Shown here in pieces: positions 29,419 through 40,070 of a DNA stretch of 64,000 nucleotides. This DNA is from Woeseiaceae bacterium (GTDB lineage: Bacteria > Pseudomonadota > Gammaproteobacteria > UBA6429 > Thiohalophilaceae), in assembly GCA_045046865.1 (NCBI GenBank), contig JASFYW010000028.1, positions 31,930-95,929 of the forward strand, read 5' to 3'. Numbering within the stretch: position 1 is the first letter of the stretch; each line of letters starts with the position of its first letter. The notes under the pieces were generated by a model. That model had not been told where the DNA came from. It saw only the letters and a program-made list of their open reading frames with translations, and made no database searches. The position numbers were made by a program, and so were the translations under genes.

Positions 29419-29536
29419 CACGGATAGCGAGAAGCCAGAGTACAAGGCAAAACTGATGAAAAAGCGGAGTGCACATTAAGTGCATGAGCATTTTGAAGAA
29501 GTTTTAACGCAGTAATCTGACTTCGCAGCATTCGTG
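29419..29536. repeat. 118-bp imperfect palindromic element (module-2-related)
   Basis: The arms CACGGATAGCGAGAAGCCAGAGTAC... and ...GTAATCTGACTTCGCAGCATTCGTG pair imperfectly around GTGCACATTAAGTGCATG. The segment CTGATGAAAAAGCGGAGTGCACATTAAGTGCA resembles module 2 of the main repeat family. Confidence 0.75.
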
Positions 29537-29537
29537 A

Positions 29538-30350
29538 TTATTCGATGGGGGTGTTGGGTTCATTCCCCCAGTCTGACCAAGCCCCCGGATACCCTTTAAT
29601 CTTTTCATAACCCAGCGACTTCAACACAATATAAGTGTGGGCTGAACGGTGGTGTGCTTGGCAGTGCAGGACGATGGTTTTATCTTTTGTTATACCTTGG
29701 CTTTCTAGCATGTCACATAATTCAGATTCCGGTTTTAAACGCTTATCGTTTTCTATATCCATGGTCGCCATCCAGTCCATATTGACTGCTCCCGGAATAT
29801 GGCCGCCACGTTGAGCGAAGACTTTTGTGCCATTAAACTCAGCAGGACTACGATTATCAAAGATCATGACATTCTCGTCAGACAGGTGATCTAAAATATA
29901 CTGGCGTGTGGCAACGGGGGCGAAGTCCATCTTTGTTTTGTACTCACACGGTGTTGGGTAAGTAATTTCAGATGAAATTTTATTACCGTGGTTTGCCCAT
30001 GCCTGTAGTCCACCATTGAGTAAAGAAAAGTTTTTATGGCCCGCGACATCTAATGTCCACAAGAAGCGACAAGCGCGACCGCCGCCTTCATCATCATAAA
30101 CAACAACGTGTTTATCTTTACATAGTCCTAAACTGCTAAAAACATTATTCAGCTGTTCTTCTGCAGGCAACAAGCCCATTCGAGGTTGTTCAACACGCAC
30201 AATCCACTCGTAATTTAAAAATACTGCACCAGGAATATGGTATTGAACATAAGTATTTGGACTAGAAAGGTCGATAATTAAAACATCGTCATTATTTAAG
30301 TGTTCTTTTAATTCAGCAGGTTCAAGTATAAGAGGAAGGTTAACGGACAT
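29538..30350 (-). CDS. two-domain rhodanese sulfurtransferase (thiosulfate/3-mercaptopyruvate type)
   Basis: 270 aa with tandem rhodanese domains and the active-site loop CQAHHRS in the C-terminal domain. Confidence 0.85.
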   Translation of the reverse strand: MSVNLPLILEPAELKEHLNNDDVLIIDLSSPNTYVQYHIPGAVFLNYEWIVRVEQPRMGLLPAEEQLNNVFSSLGLCKDKHVVVYDDEGGGRACRFLWTLDVAGHKNFSLLNGGLQAWANHGNKISSEITYPTPCEYKTKMDFAPVATRQYILDHLSDENVMIFDNRSPAEFNGTKVFAQRGGHIPGAVNMDWMATMDIENDKRLKPESELCDMLESQGITKDKTIVLHCQAHHRSAHTYIVLKSLGYEKIKGYPGAWSDWGNEPNTPIE

Positions 30351-30480
30351 AAATACAGCCTTAATTTAGTGAAAGTAGAACGGCACATTATAGCGTAAAT
30401 TATTTACCATCTGCTATTCCTGAGTAAAGAGCTAGGTGATAGAATTGCGCGCTATTATTTATGCTAATAAGGGTTTATTT

Positions 30481-31602
30481 ATGTCAATTACATCATTCCA
30501 ACCAACAAAACGTACACTTATGGGCCCCGGCCCTTCAGATGTGAGTGAGCGTGTACTTCAAGCTATGGCGCGTCCAACAATTGGTCATTTAGACCCTGAA
30601 TTCGTTGGCATGATGGATGAAGTGAAGCAATTGCTTCAATACGCATTCATGACAAAAAATGAACTCACGTTCCCTGTGTCAGCCCCCGGTTCTGCGGGCA
30701 TGGAAACGTGTTTCGTAAACCTCATTGAAGCAGGCGATAAAGTCATCGTATGCCAAAACGGCGTGTTTGGTGGAAGAATGAAAGAAAACGTTGAGCGTAT
30801 TGGCGCAACAGCCATTATGGTAGAAGACGAGTGGGGCACTGTTGTTAGTCCGCAAAAAGTGGAAGATGCACTTAAAGCCAATCCTGATGCAAAGCTTGTC
30901 GCTTTCGTACATGCTGAAACATCTACAGGAGCCATGTCAGACGCTGAAACATTAACAAAGCTAGCACACGACCATGATTGTTTAGTGATTGTTGATGCGG
31001 TGACTTCATTAGCCGGTTCACCGCTAAAAGTAGACGAATGGAACATTGATGCCATCTACTCAGGTACACAAAAATGTTTATCAGCGCCTCCAGGAATTTC
31101 ACCTGTCAGCTTTAATGAGCGTGCATCAGAAATCATTAAAAACCGTAAAACAAAAGTACAAAGCTGGTTCATGGATATGAACTTAGTGATGGGTTATTGG
31201 GGAGCGGGAGCAAAACGTGCTTACCACCACACAGCACCTGTTAATACACTTTATGGTCTACATGAATCATTGGTTATTTTACAAGAAGAAGGTTTAGAAA
31301 ATTCTTGGAAACGTCACATGGATAACCATTTAAAACTGAAAGCAGGTTTAGAAGAAATGGGGATTGGTTTTGTTGTTAAAGAAGGTGCTCGTTTACCACA
31401 ATTAAATACTGTCTATATTCCAGAAGGTGTGGACGATGCAGCAGTACGCGGTAAATTACTTAATGACTATAACTTAGAGATAGGCGCAGGCTTAGGTGCT
31501 TTAGCCGGAAAAGTTTGGCGTATTGGTCTAATGGGTCATGCAAGCAATGAGAAGAACGTTGATTTTTGTTTGAACTCATTAAAAGAAGTATTAGGAAAAT
31601 AG
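30481..31602 (+). CDS. class V PLP aminotransferase (serine-pyruvate / alanine-glyoxylate type)
   Basis: Trimmed to ATG 30481 (MSITSFQ...). It has LMGPGPS at the N-terminus and the PLP-lysine context SGTQKCL. Confidence 0.85.
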   Translation: MSITSFQPTKRTLMGPGPSDVSERVLQAMARPTIGHLDPEFVGMMDEVKQLLQYAFMTKNELTFPVSAPGSAGMETCFVNLIEAGDKVIVCQNGVFGGRMKENVERIGATAIMVEDEWGTVVSPQKVEDALKANPDAKLVAFVHAETSTGAMSDAETLTKLAHDHDCLVIVDAVTSLAGSPLKVDEWNIDAIYSGTQKCLSAPPGISPVSFNERASEIIKNRKTKVQSWFMDMNLVMGYWGAGAKRAYHHTAPVNTLYGLHESLVILQEEGLENSWKRHMDNHLKLKAGLEEMGIGFVVKEGARLPQLNTVYIPEGVDDAAVRGKLLNDYNLEIGAGLGALAGKVWRIGLMGHASNEKNVDFCLNSLKEVLGK

Positions 31603-31627
31603 TTTTATATTAAAATATTAAATAAAG

Positions 31628-31653
31628 AAACCAGCGTAAAGCTGGTTTTTTTT
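31628..31653 (+). terminator. rho-independent terminator after the aminotransferase gene
   Basis: AAACCAGC-GTAAA-GCTGGTTT followed by TTTTT. Confidence 0.85.
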
Positions 31654-31683
31654 GGTTGAAAGAATTAAACATATCAATGGAAG

Positions 31684-33273
31684 TTAGCTGGCTAATTCTT
31701 CTTGCACTCTTGTTAAGAGTTTATTGGATGAAAAAGGCTTTCCCAAAAGTTTTTTTAAAAGTTCCTTATTAGTAACAGATTTACCTTTAGGTTTTTCAAA
31801 ACCACTACATAACTGAATTTTCATATTAGGGTAGGTGTGATTAATAATATGAGCTAGCTCAAAGCCATCAATATCTGGCATTATGACATCACTCAGAACC
31901 AGATCTATGCTTTCTTCATGGAGTAATGCTAGAGCCTCAGCTGCATTTGAGACAGGAAATGTTTTATAACCATGCGAAGATAATATTTCACTGGTCAATT
32001 TTCTCATGTCGTCTTCATCATCAACAATCAGAATACTTGCTGTACCATTCAGCTTATCCTCTACCTTTGTATCTAAGTTATCCCCTTTAGTTTTCGCTGA
32101 GTGTTGTACAAAACGAGGCAAAAAGATAGAAAAACGCGTGCCATGTCCTAGTTCTGAATAAACCCGAATAGTACCTTTGGATTTATTGACAAAATTAAAG
32201 ACCTGGCTTAACCCCAACCCCGTGCCTTTTTCCCCTTTTGTAGAATAAAAAGGATCAAAAATTTGTGCGACTACATCCTGAGACATGCCTATACCCGTAT
32301 CAACAATTGATAACTTGATATAATCACCTGGTGTAATATTGAGAACCTGTGCATCTACCGAGGCAACTTGAATATTTGAAGTGGTAATATTCAATTCTCC
32401 ACCTTCAGGCATGGCGTGCATGGCATTGATACTTAAGTTAATAATAGAATCTTCCAGACATCCTTTTTCAATAAAGCAAGGCCAAAGGTCTTTAGCCATA
32501 TCAATGATTAATTTAATTCTTGGGGTGAGTGTTTTAGCTAACATCGGTTCATCATTTGCTAAGACATCGTTGATTTGAGTTTCTTCATTAGAATCGCTAC
32601 GTTTGCGGGTAATTGATAGAAGTTGACTTGTCAGGTTAGCAGCTTGTTTGGTCGTTTTAATGATGCGGTTAACGTATGTCATTAAATCTGGATTAGATTT
32701 TAGTTTTTCTTCCAACAGTTCTGAATAGCCGAGAATTATTCCTAATGCGTTATTGTAATCATGTGCAATACCGCTGGTGAGTTTACCGACAGCCTCCATT
32801 TTTAAACTACGATTTAACTGCTCTTCCTGCTGTTTTTGCAAACTAATATCTTGGCATGAACCAATAAACCATCGATCATCGTCCAGTTTTGCAGGGTACT
32901 CAATAACGGATAGTCGCATTGGAAATGTTTTACCGTTTTTTCTCAGTGCTGTGACATCCCGGCCAATGCCAATAATATGGTCTTCACCCGTGGTTATATG
33001 ATTGTTTAAATAAGAATCATGAGCACTACTATCAGGATCAGGCATCAGAATACTGACATTCTGTCCAATAACTTCCTTTTTATCATAACCAAAAATGGTT
33101 TCGGCCGTTTTATTAAAAGTGAGAATGATACCCTTCTGATTAATCGTTAGAACACCATCAACCATACCATCAAGGATATCTTTGAAATCTTTTTCATCAA
33201 GTAGATGTATATTACCCATTAGATGTTTCCTGTTGAGATAAGAACTTTTCAGTTTTAAGCTAACATTATCCAT
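31684..33273 (-). CDS. hybrid sensor histidine kinase (PAS - HisKA - HATPase - REC)
   Basis: 529 aa with a PAS region, the H-box GIAHDYNNALG, the G-box GTGLGLS, and a C-terminal receiver with DLVLSDVIMPDIDG. Confidence 0.9.
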   Translation of the reverse strand: MDNVSLKLKSSYLNRKHLMGNIHLLDEKDFKDILDGMVDGVLTINQKGIILTFNKTAETIFGYDKKEVIGQNVSILMPDPDSSAHDSYLNNHITTGEDHIIGIGRDVTALRKNGKTFPMRLSVIEYPAKLDDDRWFIGSCQDISLQKQQEEQLNRSLKMEAVGKLTSGIAHDYNNALGIILGYSELLEEKLKSNPDLMTYVNRIIKTTKQAANLTSQLLSITRKRSDSNEETQINDVLANDEPMLAKTLTPRIKLIIDMAKDLWPCFIEKGCLEDSIINLSINAMHAMPEGGELNITTSNIQVASVDAQVLNITPGDYIKLSIVDTGIGMSQDVVAQIFDPFYSTKGEKGTGLGLSQVFNFVNKSKGTIRVYSELGHGTRFSIFLPRFVQHSAKTKGDNLDTKVEDKLNGTASILIVDDEDDMRKLTSEILSSHGYKTFPVSNAAEALALLHEESIDLVLSDVIMPDIDGFELAHIINHTYPNMKIQLCSGFEKPKGKSVTNKELLKKLLGKPFSSNKLLTRVQEELAS

Positions 33274-33688
33274 GAAAAATTTTTGCTTTGCGTTAACGTA
33301 AAATTATGCAAAGCCTAAGGCAAGGGCCATTTGAAGTAAAATTTTTTCGAATATTTACAAAGAGTAGTATAACTAGAAGGTTAGAAAAAAATATAAGGTA
33401 TTGGGTCCTCAGACTTCACCTTGAGTTTTTGGCTATTGCTGAGGGAAGGCAATAAAACAAAATACTACATCTATAATTATAGTAGTTTGCAGCAATATAA
33501 AAATCAATGTTCAGACTACAAATAATTTCAAACACTCATTTAAAGCACTTAAAAACATATTAAAAATAAGACTATAGTTGTAGCCATGGTTCAACATTCA
33601 TAAATTATTGCATCAGAATAAGTTTAAAACAGAAAACGATTTTAGTTGATCAAATCTATATTTTTCCCAGATAATGGGGTTCGAGCAT

Positions 33689-33720
33689 AATAATTTAATA
33701 ATTTAATAATTTAATAATTT
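33689..33720. repeat. tandem octanucleotide repeat (AATAATTT)x4
   Basis: Four perfect head-to-tail copies in the 534-bp spacer between the ppsA 3' end and the hybrid kinase start. Confidence 0.95.
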
Positions 33721-33807
33721 AAGCCAGAGTTCTTACGTATAAAAAAACTCTTTATACTCTGGTGATGTACTGTTTAGATTATTCGCCTATTTAATAATAC
33801 GCTTCAT

Positions 33808-36201
33808 CTATCCATTAACTTGGTCTTTGGCAAGGTAAAGCCATGTTTTTATAACGCTATCAGGGTTTAGCGACACGCTTTGAATACCTTGCTCCATAAG
33901 CCAGTAAGCAAAGTCTGGATGATCTGAAGGGCCTTGGCCACAAATACCGATGTATTTATTATTCAGCTTACATTTTTGAATTGCCATGCTGAGTAATGCT
34001 TTAACGGCATCATTTCGTTCATCAAAACTTTCTGCTACCAACTCCGAATCTCTATCTAAACCCAAAGTAAGCTGGGTCATATCATTAGAACCAATAGAAT
34101 AACCATCAAAATACTTTAAGAATTTTTCAGCGAGTAAAGCGTTTGAGGGAATTTCACACATCATCATAATTTGTAAGCCATTTTGACCACGCTCTAAATC
34201 ATTATCTTTTAAAACGTTAATGACTTCATGTGCTTCTTCAACGGTACGAACAAAGGGCACCATGATGGCTACGTTGGTTAAGCCCATTTCTTCTCGGACT
34301 TTTTTAATAGCAAAGCATTCAAGTTCAAAGCAGTCTTGAAACTTTTTATCGATGTAACGAGCAGCACCACGAAAACCGATCATCGGGTTTTCTTCATGCG
34401 GTTCATAGTTTGCACCGCCGATTAGATTGGCATATTCATTTGATTTAAAATCAGACAACCGCACGATAACCGGTTTGGGTGCAAAAGCGGCGGCAATGGT
34501 TGCAATCCCTTCGGTTAATTTTTCGATATAAAAACTCACCGGATCGGCATAGCCTTTAATGCGCTCATCTATTTGTTTTTTTATTTCAGGTGTTTGTTTT
34601 TTGTATTGCAGTAAAGCTTTAGGGTGAATGCCTATGGTGCGCGCAATAATAAATTCTAATCGGGCTAAACCCACGCCATGATTTGGAAGAAAACTAAAAT
34701 CAAACGCACGATCAGGTGTGGCAACATTCAACATAATTTTAAAAGGTAGCTCAGGCATTTCTTTAAGATCAACTTTATTGATCTTAAAGTCTAGCAAGCC
34801 TTCATAGATCAACCCTTCATCACCTTCGGCGCAACTTACCGTGACGGCTTGGCCATTGTTAAGTACTTTTGTCCCCGTGCTCGTACCTACAACAGCGGGT
34901 ACACCAAGTTCTCTTGCTATGATGGCTGCATGACAAGTACGACCTCCACGGTTGGTAACAATCGCGCTGGCTCGTTTCATTACAGGTTCCCAATCTGGAT
35001 CGGTCATATCGGTGACCAACACTTCACCATCAATCAGCTGATCCATTTCAGAGACATCTAAAATGACACGCACATTACCTTGACCAATACGTTGTCCAAC
35101 ACTGCGACCGGAAACTAAAATATTTTTATCTGTGTTGGCTTCTAAAAATTCATAGCGTTCTAAAATTTGATTATTATTACGACTCTTAACGGTTTCAGGT
35201 CGCGCTTGAACAATATAAATTTCTCCAGTAAGGCCGTCTTTCGCCCATTCAATATCCATGGGTTTACCATAGTGTTGTTCTATCTTTAGCCCCATTTCTG
35301 CAATGGCCATTACTTCATCATCATTAATGCTGAAACGATTTTGTTCGCTTAATTCAACATCTATCGTTTGAGTTGATGTTTCATGCTCTGTGCTTTGAGT
35401 GAAAATCATTTTTTGTTTTTTACTGCCGATACTACGGCGTAAAATAGCATGCTGATTGTTTTTTAGTGAAGGTTTGTAAACATAAAACTCATCAGGATTA
35501 ACACTGCCTTGGACGACGGTTTCACCGAGACCATAAGCGGAGGTGACAAATATAGCATCTTCAAAACCAGATTCAGTATCAAGAGTAAACATCACACCAC
35601 TTGCGCCAACATCACTACGTACCATCAGTTGCACGCCAGCAGACAGCGCAACATTATGATGGGCAAAGCCATGATGTACACGATAAGAAATAGCACGATC
35701 ATTATATAAAGAAGCAAACACCGCTTGTACAGCATTAACAATAGCGGCTTCACCTTGCACGTTAAGGTAGGTTTCTTGCTGTCCGGCGAAAGAAGCATCG
35801 GCTAAATCTTCTGCGGTGGCGGAAGAGCGCACAGCGTAACTTGCTTCATTACCGTAACGTTCGATTAACGTTTTATAAGCTTGGTGAATACTTTGTTCAA
35901 GTTCGACGGGCATCGTTGCATCTAAAACCCATTGACGAATTTCGCTGCCGGATTTTTGTAAAGCATTAACATCTTCAATATCTAAGGTATTTAAAACATC
36001 ATTTATTTTAGTTTCGAGCTGCGTTTGTTTCATGAAAAACCAAAAGGCATCCGAGGTTGTAGCAAAACCACCCGGTACAGCAATCCCCGATTTTGATAGG
36101 GCATTAACCATTTCGCCGAGTGAAGAATTTTTACCACCGACTTGTGGCAAGTCAGATAGCTTTACTTCATCAAACCAAAGAATGTGTTTAGTATTAGTCA
36201 T
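33808..36201 (-). CDS. ppsA: phosphoenolpyruvate synthase
   Basis: Trimmed to ATG 36201 ([10 protein letters not shown]...), giving 797 aa. It has [10 protein letters not shown], the phospho-His region [18 protein letters not shown], and the C-terminal PEP-utilising domain. It is divergent from ppsR. Confidence 0.96.
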   Translation of the reverse strand: MTNTKHILWFDEVKLSDLPQVGGKNSSLGEMVNALSKSGIAVPGGFATTSDAFWFFMKQTQLETKINDVLNTLDIEDVNALQKSGSEIRQWVLDATMPVELEQSIHQAYKTLIERYGNEASYAVRSSATAEDLADASFAGQQETYLNVQGEAAIVNAVQAVFASLYNDRAISYRVHHGFAHHNVALSAGVQLMVRSDVGASGVMFTLDTESGFEDAIFVTSAYGLGETVVQGSVNPDEFYVYKPSLKNNQHAILRRSIGSKKQKMIFTQSTEHETSTQTIDVELSEQNRFSINDDEVMAIAEMGLKIEQHYGKPMDIEWAKDGLTGEIYIVQARPETVKSRNNNQILERYEFLEANTDKNILVSGRSVGQRIGQGNVRVILDVSEMDQLIDGEVLVTDMTDPDWEPVMKRASAIVTNRGGRTCHAAIIARELGVPAVVGTSTGTKVLNNGQAVTVSCAEGDEGLIYEGLLDFKINKVDLKEMPELPFKIMLNVATPDRAFDFSFLPNHGVGLARLEFIIARTIGIHPKALLQYKKQTPEIKKQIDERIKGYADPVSFYIEKLTEGIATIAAAFAPKPVIVRLSDFKSNEYANLIGGANYEPHEENPMIGFRGAARYIDKKFQDCFELECFAIKKVREEMGLTNVAIMVPFVRTVEEAHEVINVLKDNDLERGQNGLQIMMMCEIPSNALLAEKFLKYFDGYSIGSNDMTQLTLGLDRDSELVAESFDERNDAVKALLSMAIQKCKLNNKYIGICGQGPSDHPDFAYWLMEQGIQSVSLNPDSVIKTWLYLAKDQVNG

Positions 36202-36338
36202 GAATATCATATCTCTATTTAAAAAATACCAAGGCAATCCAGCATGTTATTGTGTTGCTGTGATAGGGTAAATTATTTATTCTATTGTCATAATGTAAGC
36301 GTGCTCTAAGAATAAATCAAACGATAGAGATGGTTTAA

Positions 36339-37175
36339 ATGAAAAATAATATGAATAATACCCGAGCAGTTTTCTTTGTTTCTAATAGTACCTGCATTAC
36401 GGTAGAAACCTTGGGTCGAAGTTTGTTATATCAGTTTAAAAATACGCAGTTTGAATCTCACTCTCTCCGCTTTATTGATACACAGGATAAAGCCAAAGAA
36501 GCTGTAGCTTTGATAAACCGAGTGGCTCAAAGCACAAATTTACGCCCCATTATTCTTAGCACATTAATCGACCCTGCTTTGAGAGAAACATTAGAAACAG
36601 CTAAGGGTAGATACCTTGATATTTTTAATGCTTTTATTTCTCCGATTGAAGAAGAGCTAGGGTGTGAGGCAAAGCTAGGACTGGGACGAGTTCACGGTAT
36701 TGGTGATGAGGATTATTACGGTGAAAGAATGGAGGCGGTTAATTACACCTTAAAAACGGATGACGGTGTTGCTGCAAAAGACTATGCAAAAGCGGATGTC
36801 ATTTTAACCGGCGCTTCACGCACGGGAAAAACGCCCACCAGTCTTTATTTAGCGATGCACTATGGTCTAAAAGCGGCAAACTACCCGATTACAGATGAAG
36901 AGCTCGATTCTCATCAAATCCCCAAAGCCTTACAGGCCCATGCGGATAAATTATTTGGATTGATTGTTAGCCCTGAACGCTTGCATAATATTCGCTCAAA
37001 ACGCCGTGCTAATAGTGAATACGCTTCTTTACCCCAATGCCAATATGAAATCCGGCAGACGACAAGCCTTTTTCAGCAACGCTCCATTGCCTATTTTGAT
37101 GTCAGTAATATGTCTATTGAAGAGGTATCGTCCACTATTATGGATACGATGAAACTTAAAACACGCACATTTTAA
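36339..37175 (+). CDS. ppsR: PEP synthase regulatory protein (bifunctional kinase/pyrophosphorylase, YdiA)
   Basis: 278 aa with the P-loop GASRTGKTPTSLYLA. It has the conserved divergent arrangement with ppsA. Confidence 0.92.
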   Translation: MKNNMNNTRAVFFVSNSTCITVETLGRSLLYQFKNTQFESHSLRFIDTQDKAKEAVALINRVAQSTNLRPIILSTLIDPALRETLETAKGRYLDIFNAFISPIEEELGCEAKLGLGRVHGIGDEDYYGERMEAVNYTLKTDDGVAAKDYAKADVILTGASRTGKTPTSLYLAMHYGLKAANYPITDEELDSHQIPKALQAHADKLFGLIVSPERLHNIRSKRRANSEYASLPQCQYEIRQTTSLFQQRSIAYFDVSNMSIEEVSSTIMDTMKLKTRTF

Positions 37176-37286
37176 TCGCATAAATATCAGATATTTTTCA
37201 CATCTCCCCTTGAATACTCAGGTTTTCGCCAATATATAAATAAGCATAGAATTAAGACAACTTTTAACCAAGATTGAGAGAACAAT

Positions 37287-39176
37287 ATGACGGTCGAAGC
37301 CAAAAAAGAAACCCTAAGTTTCCAAACTGAGGTCAAGCAACTGCTAAACCTCATGATCCATTCGCTTTATTCAAATAAAGAAATTTTCCTTCGTGAATTA
37401 GTTTCAAATGCCTCAGACGCGTGTGACAAGCTCCGTTTTGAAGCTTTAAGTGACAGCGCTTTGTATGAAGGTAAAGAAGATTTAGGTATCACCGTCAATT
37501 TTGATAAAGAAGCAAAAACAGTCACGATTACTGATAACGGCATCGGCATGAGCCGCGAAGAAGTGATTGCTAACATTGGTACTATCGCAAATTCAGGTAC
37601 GAAAAAATTCCTCGATAATTTAACTGGCGAACAGGCGAAAGATGCAGAAATGATCGGCCAGTTTGGTGTGGGCTTTTATGCCTCATTTATTGTTGCGGAT
37701 AACGTTGTGGTTGAAACACGTCGCGCAGGTCTCGGTACTGAACATGGCGTACGCTGGGTTTCAAAAGGCGAAGGTGAATTTGATTTAGAAAATATTGAAA
37801 AAGCCGAGCGTGGTACAACCGTTATTCTTCATTTGAAAAAAGACGAAGAAGAATTCGCAGACGATTGGCGTTTACGTTCAATCATCAATAAATACTCTGA
37901 TCACATCTCTTTACCTATCTCAATGCCGAAACGCGATGATAAAGGTGAGCTGACAGATGAAATGGAAGTGGCTAATAAAGCCTCTGCGTTGTGGATACGC
38001 TCAAAGTCTGAAATTAAAGACGAAGAATATAATGAATTTTATAAACACGTCGCGCATGACTTTGAAGATCCACTAGGTTGGTTACATAACCGTGTTGAAG
38101 GTACACAAGAATATACAACATTATTCTATGTTCCTAAACGCGCACCGTTTGATATGTTTGAACGTGATCAAAAGAACGGAATTAAACTCTATGTGAAACG
38201 TGTTTTCATTATGGATGATGCAGAACAGTTAATGCCTAACTACTTACGCTTTATTAAAGGTGTAGTAGATTCGGATGACTTGCCGTTAAATATTTCACGT
38301 GAAATTTTACAACGCAATAAACATATTGATACCATTCGTGGTGCATCAATTAAGAAAATTTTATCGTATTTAACCAAAATGGCGAAGAATAACGAAGAAG
38401 ACTATGCCATATTTTGGAAAGAGTTTGGTCGCGTGTTAAAAGAAGGCCCAGCAGAAGATTCTAGTAACAAAGAAAAAATTGCGAAGTTATTCCGTTATGC
38501 CACGACAGAAAATGATTCAGATATAGAAAATGTTTCGTTAGATGATTACATCAGCCGTATGAAAGAAGGCCAAGATAAACTGTACTACATTACTGGCGAC
38601 ACTTATGCGGCGGTTAAGAACAGCCCACATCTTGAATTGTTTAAAAAGAAAGGCATCGAAGTTATTCTTATGCACGACCGTGTTGATGAATGGATGATGT
38701 CTTACTTGAGTGAGTTTGATGGCAAGTCATTTGTAAATATTGCAAAAGGTGAACTTGATCTTGGCGACTTAGAAGATAAAGCTGATAAAGAGAAAGCAGA
38801 AAAAGCGGCAAAAGACTATGAAAGCCTGTTAAAACAAATGACAGAAAGTCTAGGCGATAAAGTGAAAGAAGTACGTGTGTCAACACGTTTAACAGACTCG
38901 CCTTCATGTTTAGTTGTTGAACAGCAAGACATGGCAGTGAGTATGCAAAAAATTCTTAAACAAGCCGGACATGAAGTGCCAAATGTTGAACCAATATTAG
39001 AAATTAATATTGAGCATCCTTTGGTGAAACGTTTGAGTGATGAACAAGACGACAGTAAGTTTAAAGACTGGTCTAACCTATTGTTCGATCAAGCCATGTT
39101 AAGCGAAGGCGGTCAGTTGGAAGACCCCGTTGCATTCGTAACAAGCATGAATAAATTATTGCTTGAAACAATGTAA
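37287..39176 (+). CDS. htpG: molecular chaperone HtpG (Hsp90)
   Basis: 629 aa with a conserved N-terminal ATPase region ([27 protein letters not shown], GQFGVGFYS). Confidence 0.97.
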   Translation: MTVEAKKETLSFQTEVKQLLNLMIHSLYSNKEIFLRELVSNASDACDKLRFEALSDSALYEGKEDLGITVNFDKEAKTVTITDNGIGMSREEVIANIGTIANSGTKKFLDNLTGEQAKDAEMIGQFGVGFYASFIVADNVVVETRRAGLGTEHGVRWVSKGEGEFDLENIEKAERGTTVILHLKKDEEEFADDWRLRSIINKYSDHISLPISMPKRDDKGELTDEMEVANKASALWIRSKSEIKDEEYNEFYKHVAHDFEDPLGWLHNRVEGTQEYTTLFYVPKRAPFDMFERDQKNGIKLYVKRVFIMDDAEQLMPNYLRFIKGVVDSDDLPLNISREILQRNKHIDTIRGASIKKILSYLTKMAKNNEEDYAIFWKEFGRVLKEGPAEDSSNKEKIAKLFRYATTENDSDIENVSLDDYISRMKEGQDKLYYITGDTYAAVKNSPHLELFKKKGIEVILMHDRVDEWMMSYLSEFDGKSFVNIAKGELDLGDLEDKADKEKAEKAAKDYESLLKQMTESLGDKVKEVRVSTRLTDSPSCLVVEQQDMAVSMQKILKQAGHEVPNVEPILEINIEHPLVKRLSDEQDDSKFKDWSNLLFDQAMLSEGGQLEDPVAFVTSMNKLLLETM

Positions 39177-39194
39177 TATAAATACTTTGTCATG

Positions 39195-39224
39195 AAAAAG
39201 GCGAGCTATTAGCTCGCCTTTTTT
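39195..39224. terminator. bidirectional rho-independent terminator (htpG / convergent hypothetical gene)
   Basis: AAAAA-GGCGAGCT-ATT-AGCTCGCC-TTTTTT. Confidence 0.88.
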
Positions 39225-39241
39225 ATGCTTATTATTTATTC

Positions 39242-39829
39242 CTAGTTATAACCATGAGGCTGATAAGTACTAATTTCAGCACTGTATTCATAGGCTTTCA
39301 CTGGATAGTTTTGTGGCAAAGTAGAAACAATATCTTCTAACTCTTTGCGCTGTTCAGTTGAAACTATCGGGCCAGACAATAATGAATCTAAGTCTGTGTT
39401 TGTTTTAAGTGAATCTGATTGTTCTTCGCCTGATAATTTAATGCCGTCTTTATTACGCTCAACAAAATATTGGGTCGCCTTCTGTAATCCAGAATGATCG
39501 GCATGGAGCAACACTAAACCATTACGGGCATTCTTATCTTCATGGGGATTCAATCCTTTGACAGAAGGAATCAATGTTTCAGAAGCAAAGATATAACGGT
39601 TAACATTATTCAGCAGCATGAGTGCACGAACCATATTAATTTTATTATCAATCTCAGATTGATCGGTCATAAAATATAAAATAAGAATTTGCCTGTTATC
39701 ATTTGTTTCACAAAGAAAAGTCATCGGCATAACACTATCGTTTAATAACAAGGTGTGGACAGTATCAATAGCATGTTCTTCAAAATGGTCATGCTCTTGA
39801 AAATCTATAATCGAATTTGCCTGTGTCAT
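39242..39829 (-). CDS. hypothetical protein
   Basis: 195-aa ORF with no motif I recognise. It is supported as coding only by its length, its isolated position and the terminator at its 3' end. Confidence 0.45.
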   Translation of the reverse strand: MTQANSIIDFQEHDHFEEHAIDTVHTLLLNDSVMPMTFLCETNDNRQILILYFMTDQSEIDNKINMVRALMLLNNVNRYIFASETLIPSVKGLNPHEDKNARNGLVLLHADHSGLQKATQYFVERNKDGIKLSGEEQSDSLKTNTDLDSLLSGPIVSTEQRKELEDIVSTLPQNYPVKAYEYSAEISTYQPHGYN

Positions 39830-40070
39830 ACGCCATGCTCCTATGAATTTTAAAGCCTTATAACTATGATCGGATGAAAAATGAATAGCTTGAGCTTTTT
39901 TTCTATCAATTATTTACAGCACACTGGCGGTTTTATCTAAAAAGCATATAGTTTTCATCTATCTTATTGATTTTTATGAAAAATATTCTTTTTTAAACAG
40001 TTTTTTATCGATTTTTATCATTGTGACAAATTGTAAATGTTTTTGATTTAAGCACTGATATACTACAAAC

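Noticed and set aside
33670-33700. GGGGTTCGAGC word resembling a tRNA T-arm.
   Set aside because: No acceptor stem, anticodon arm or D-arm can be drawn around it. No tRNA, rRNA, tmRNA or RNase P-like sequence was recognised anywhere in the window.
33689-33720. Considered the tandem repeat as a CRISPR-like or minisatellite array.
   Set aside because: It has 8-bp units with no spacers and no cas genes, so it is a simple microsatellite.
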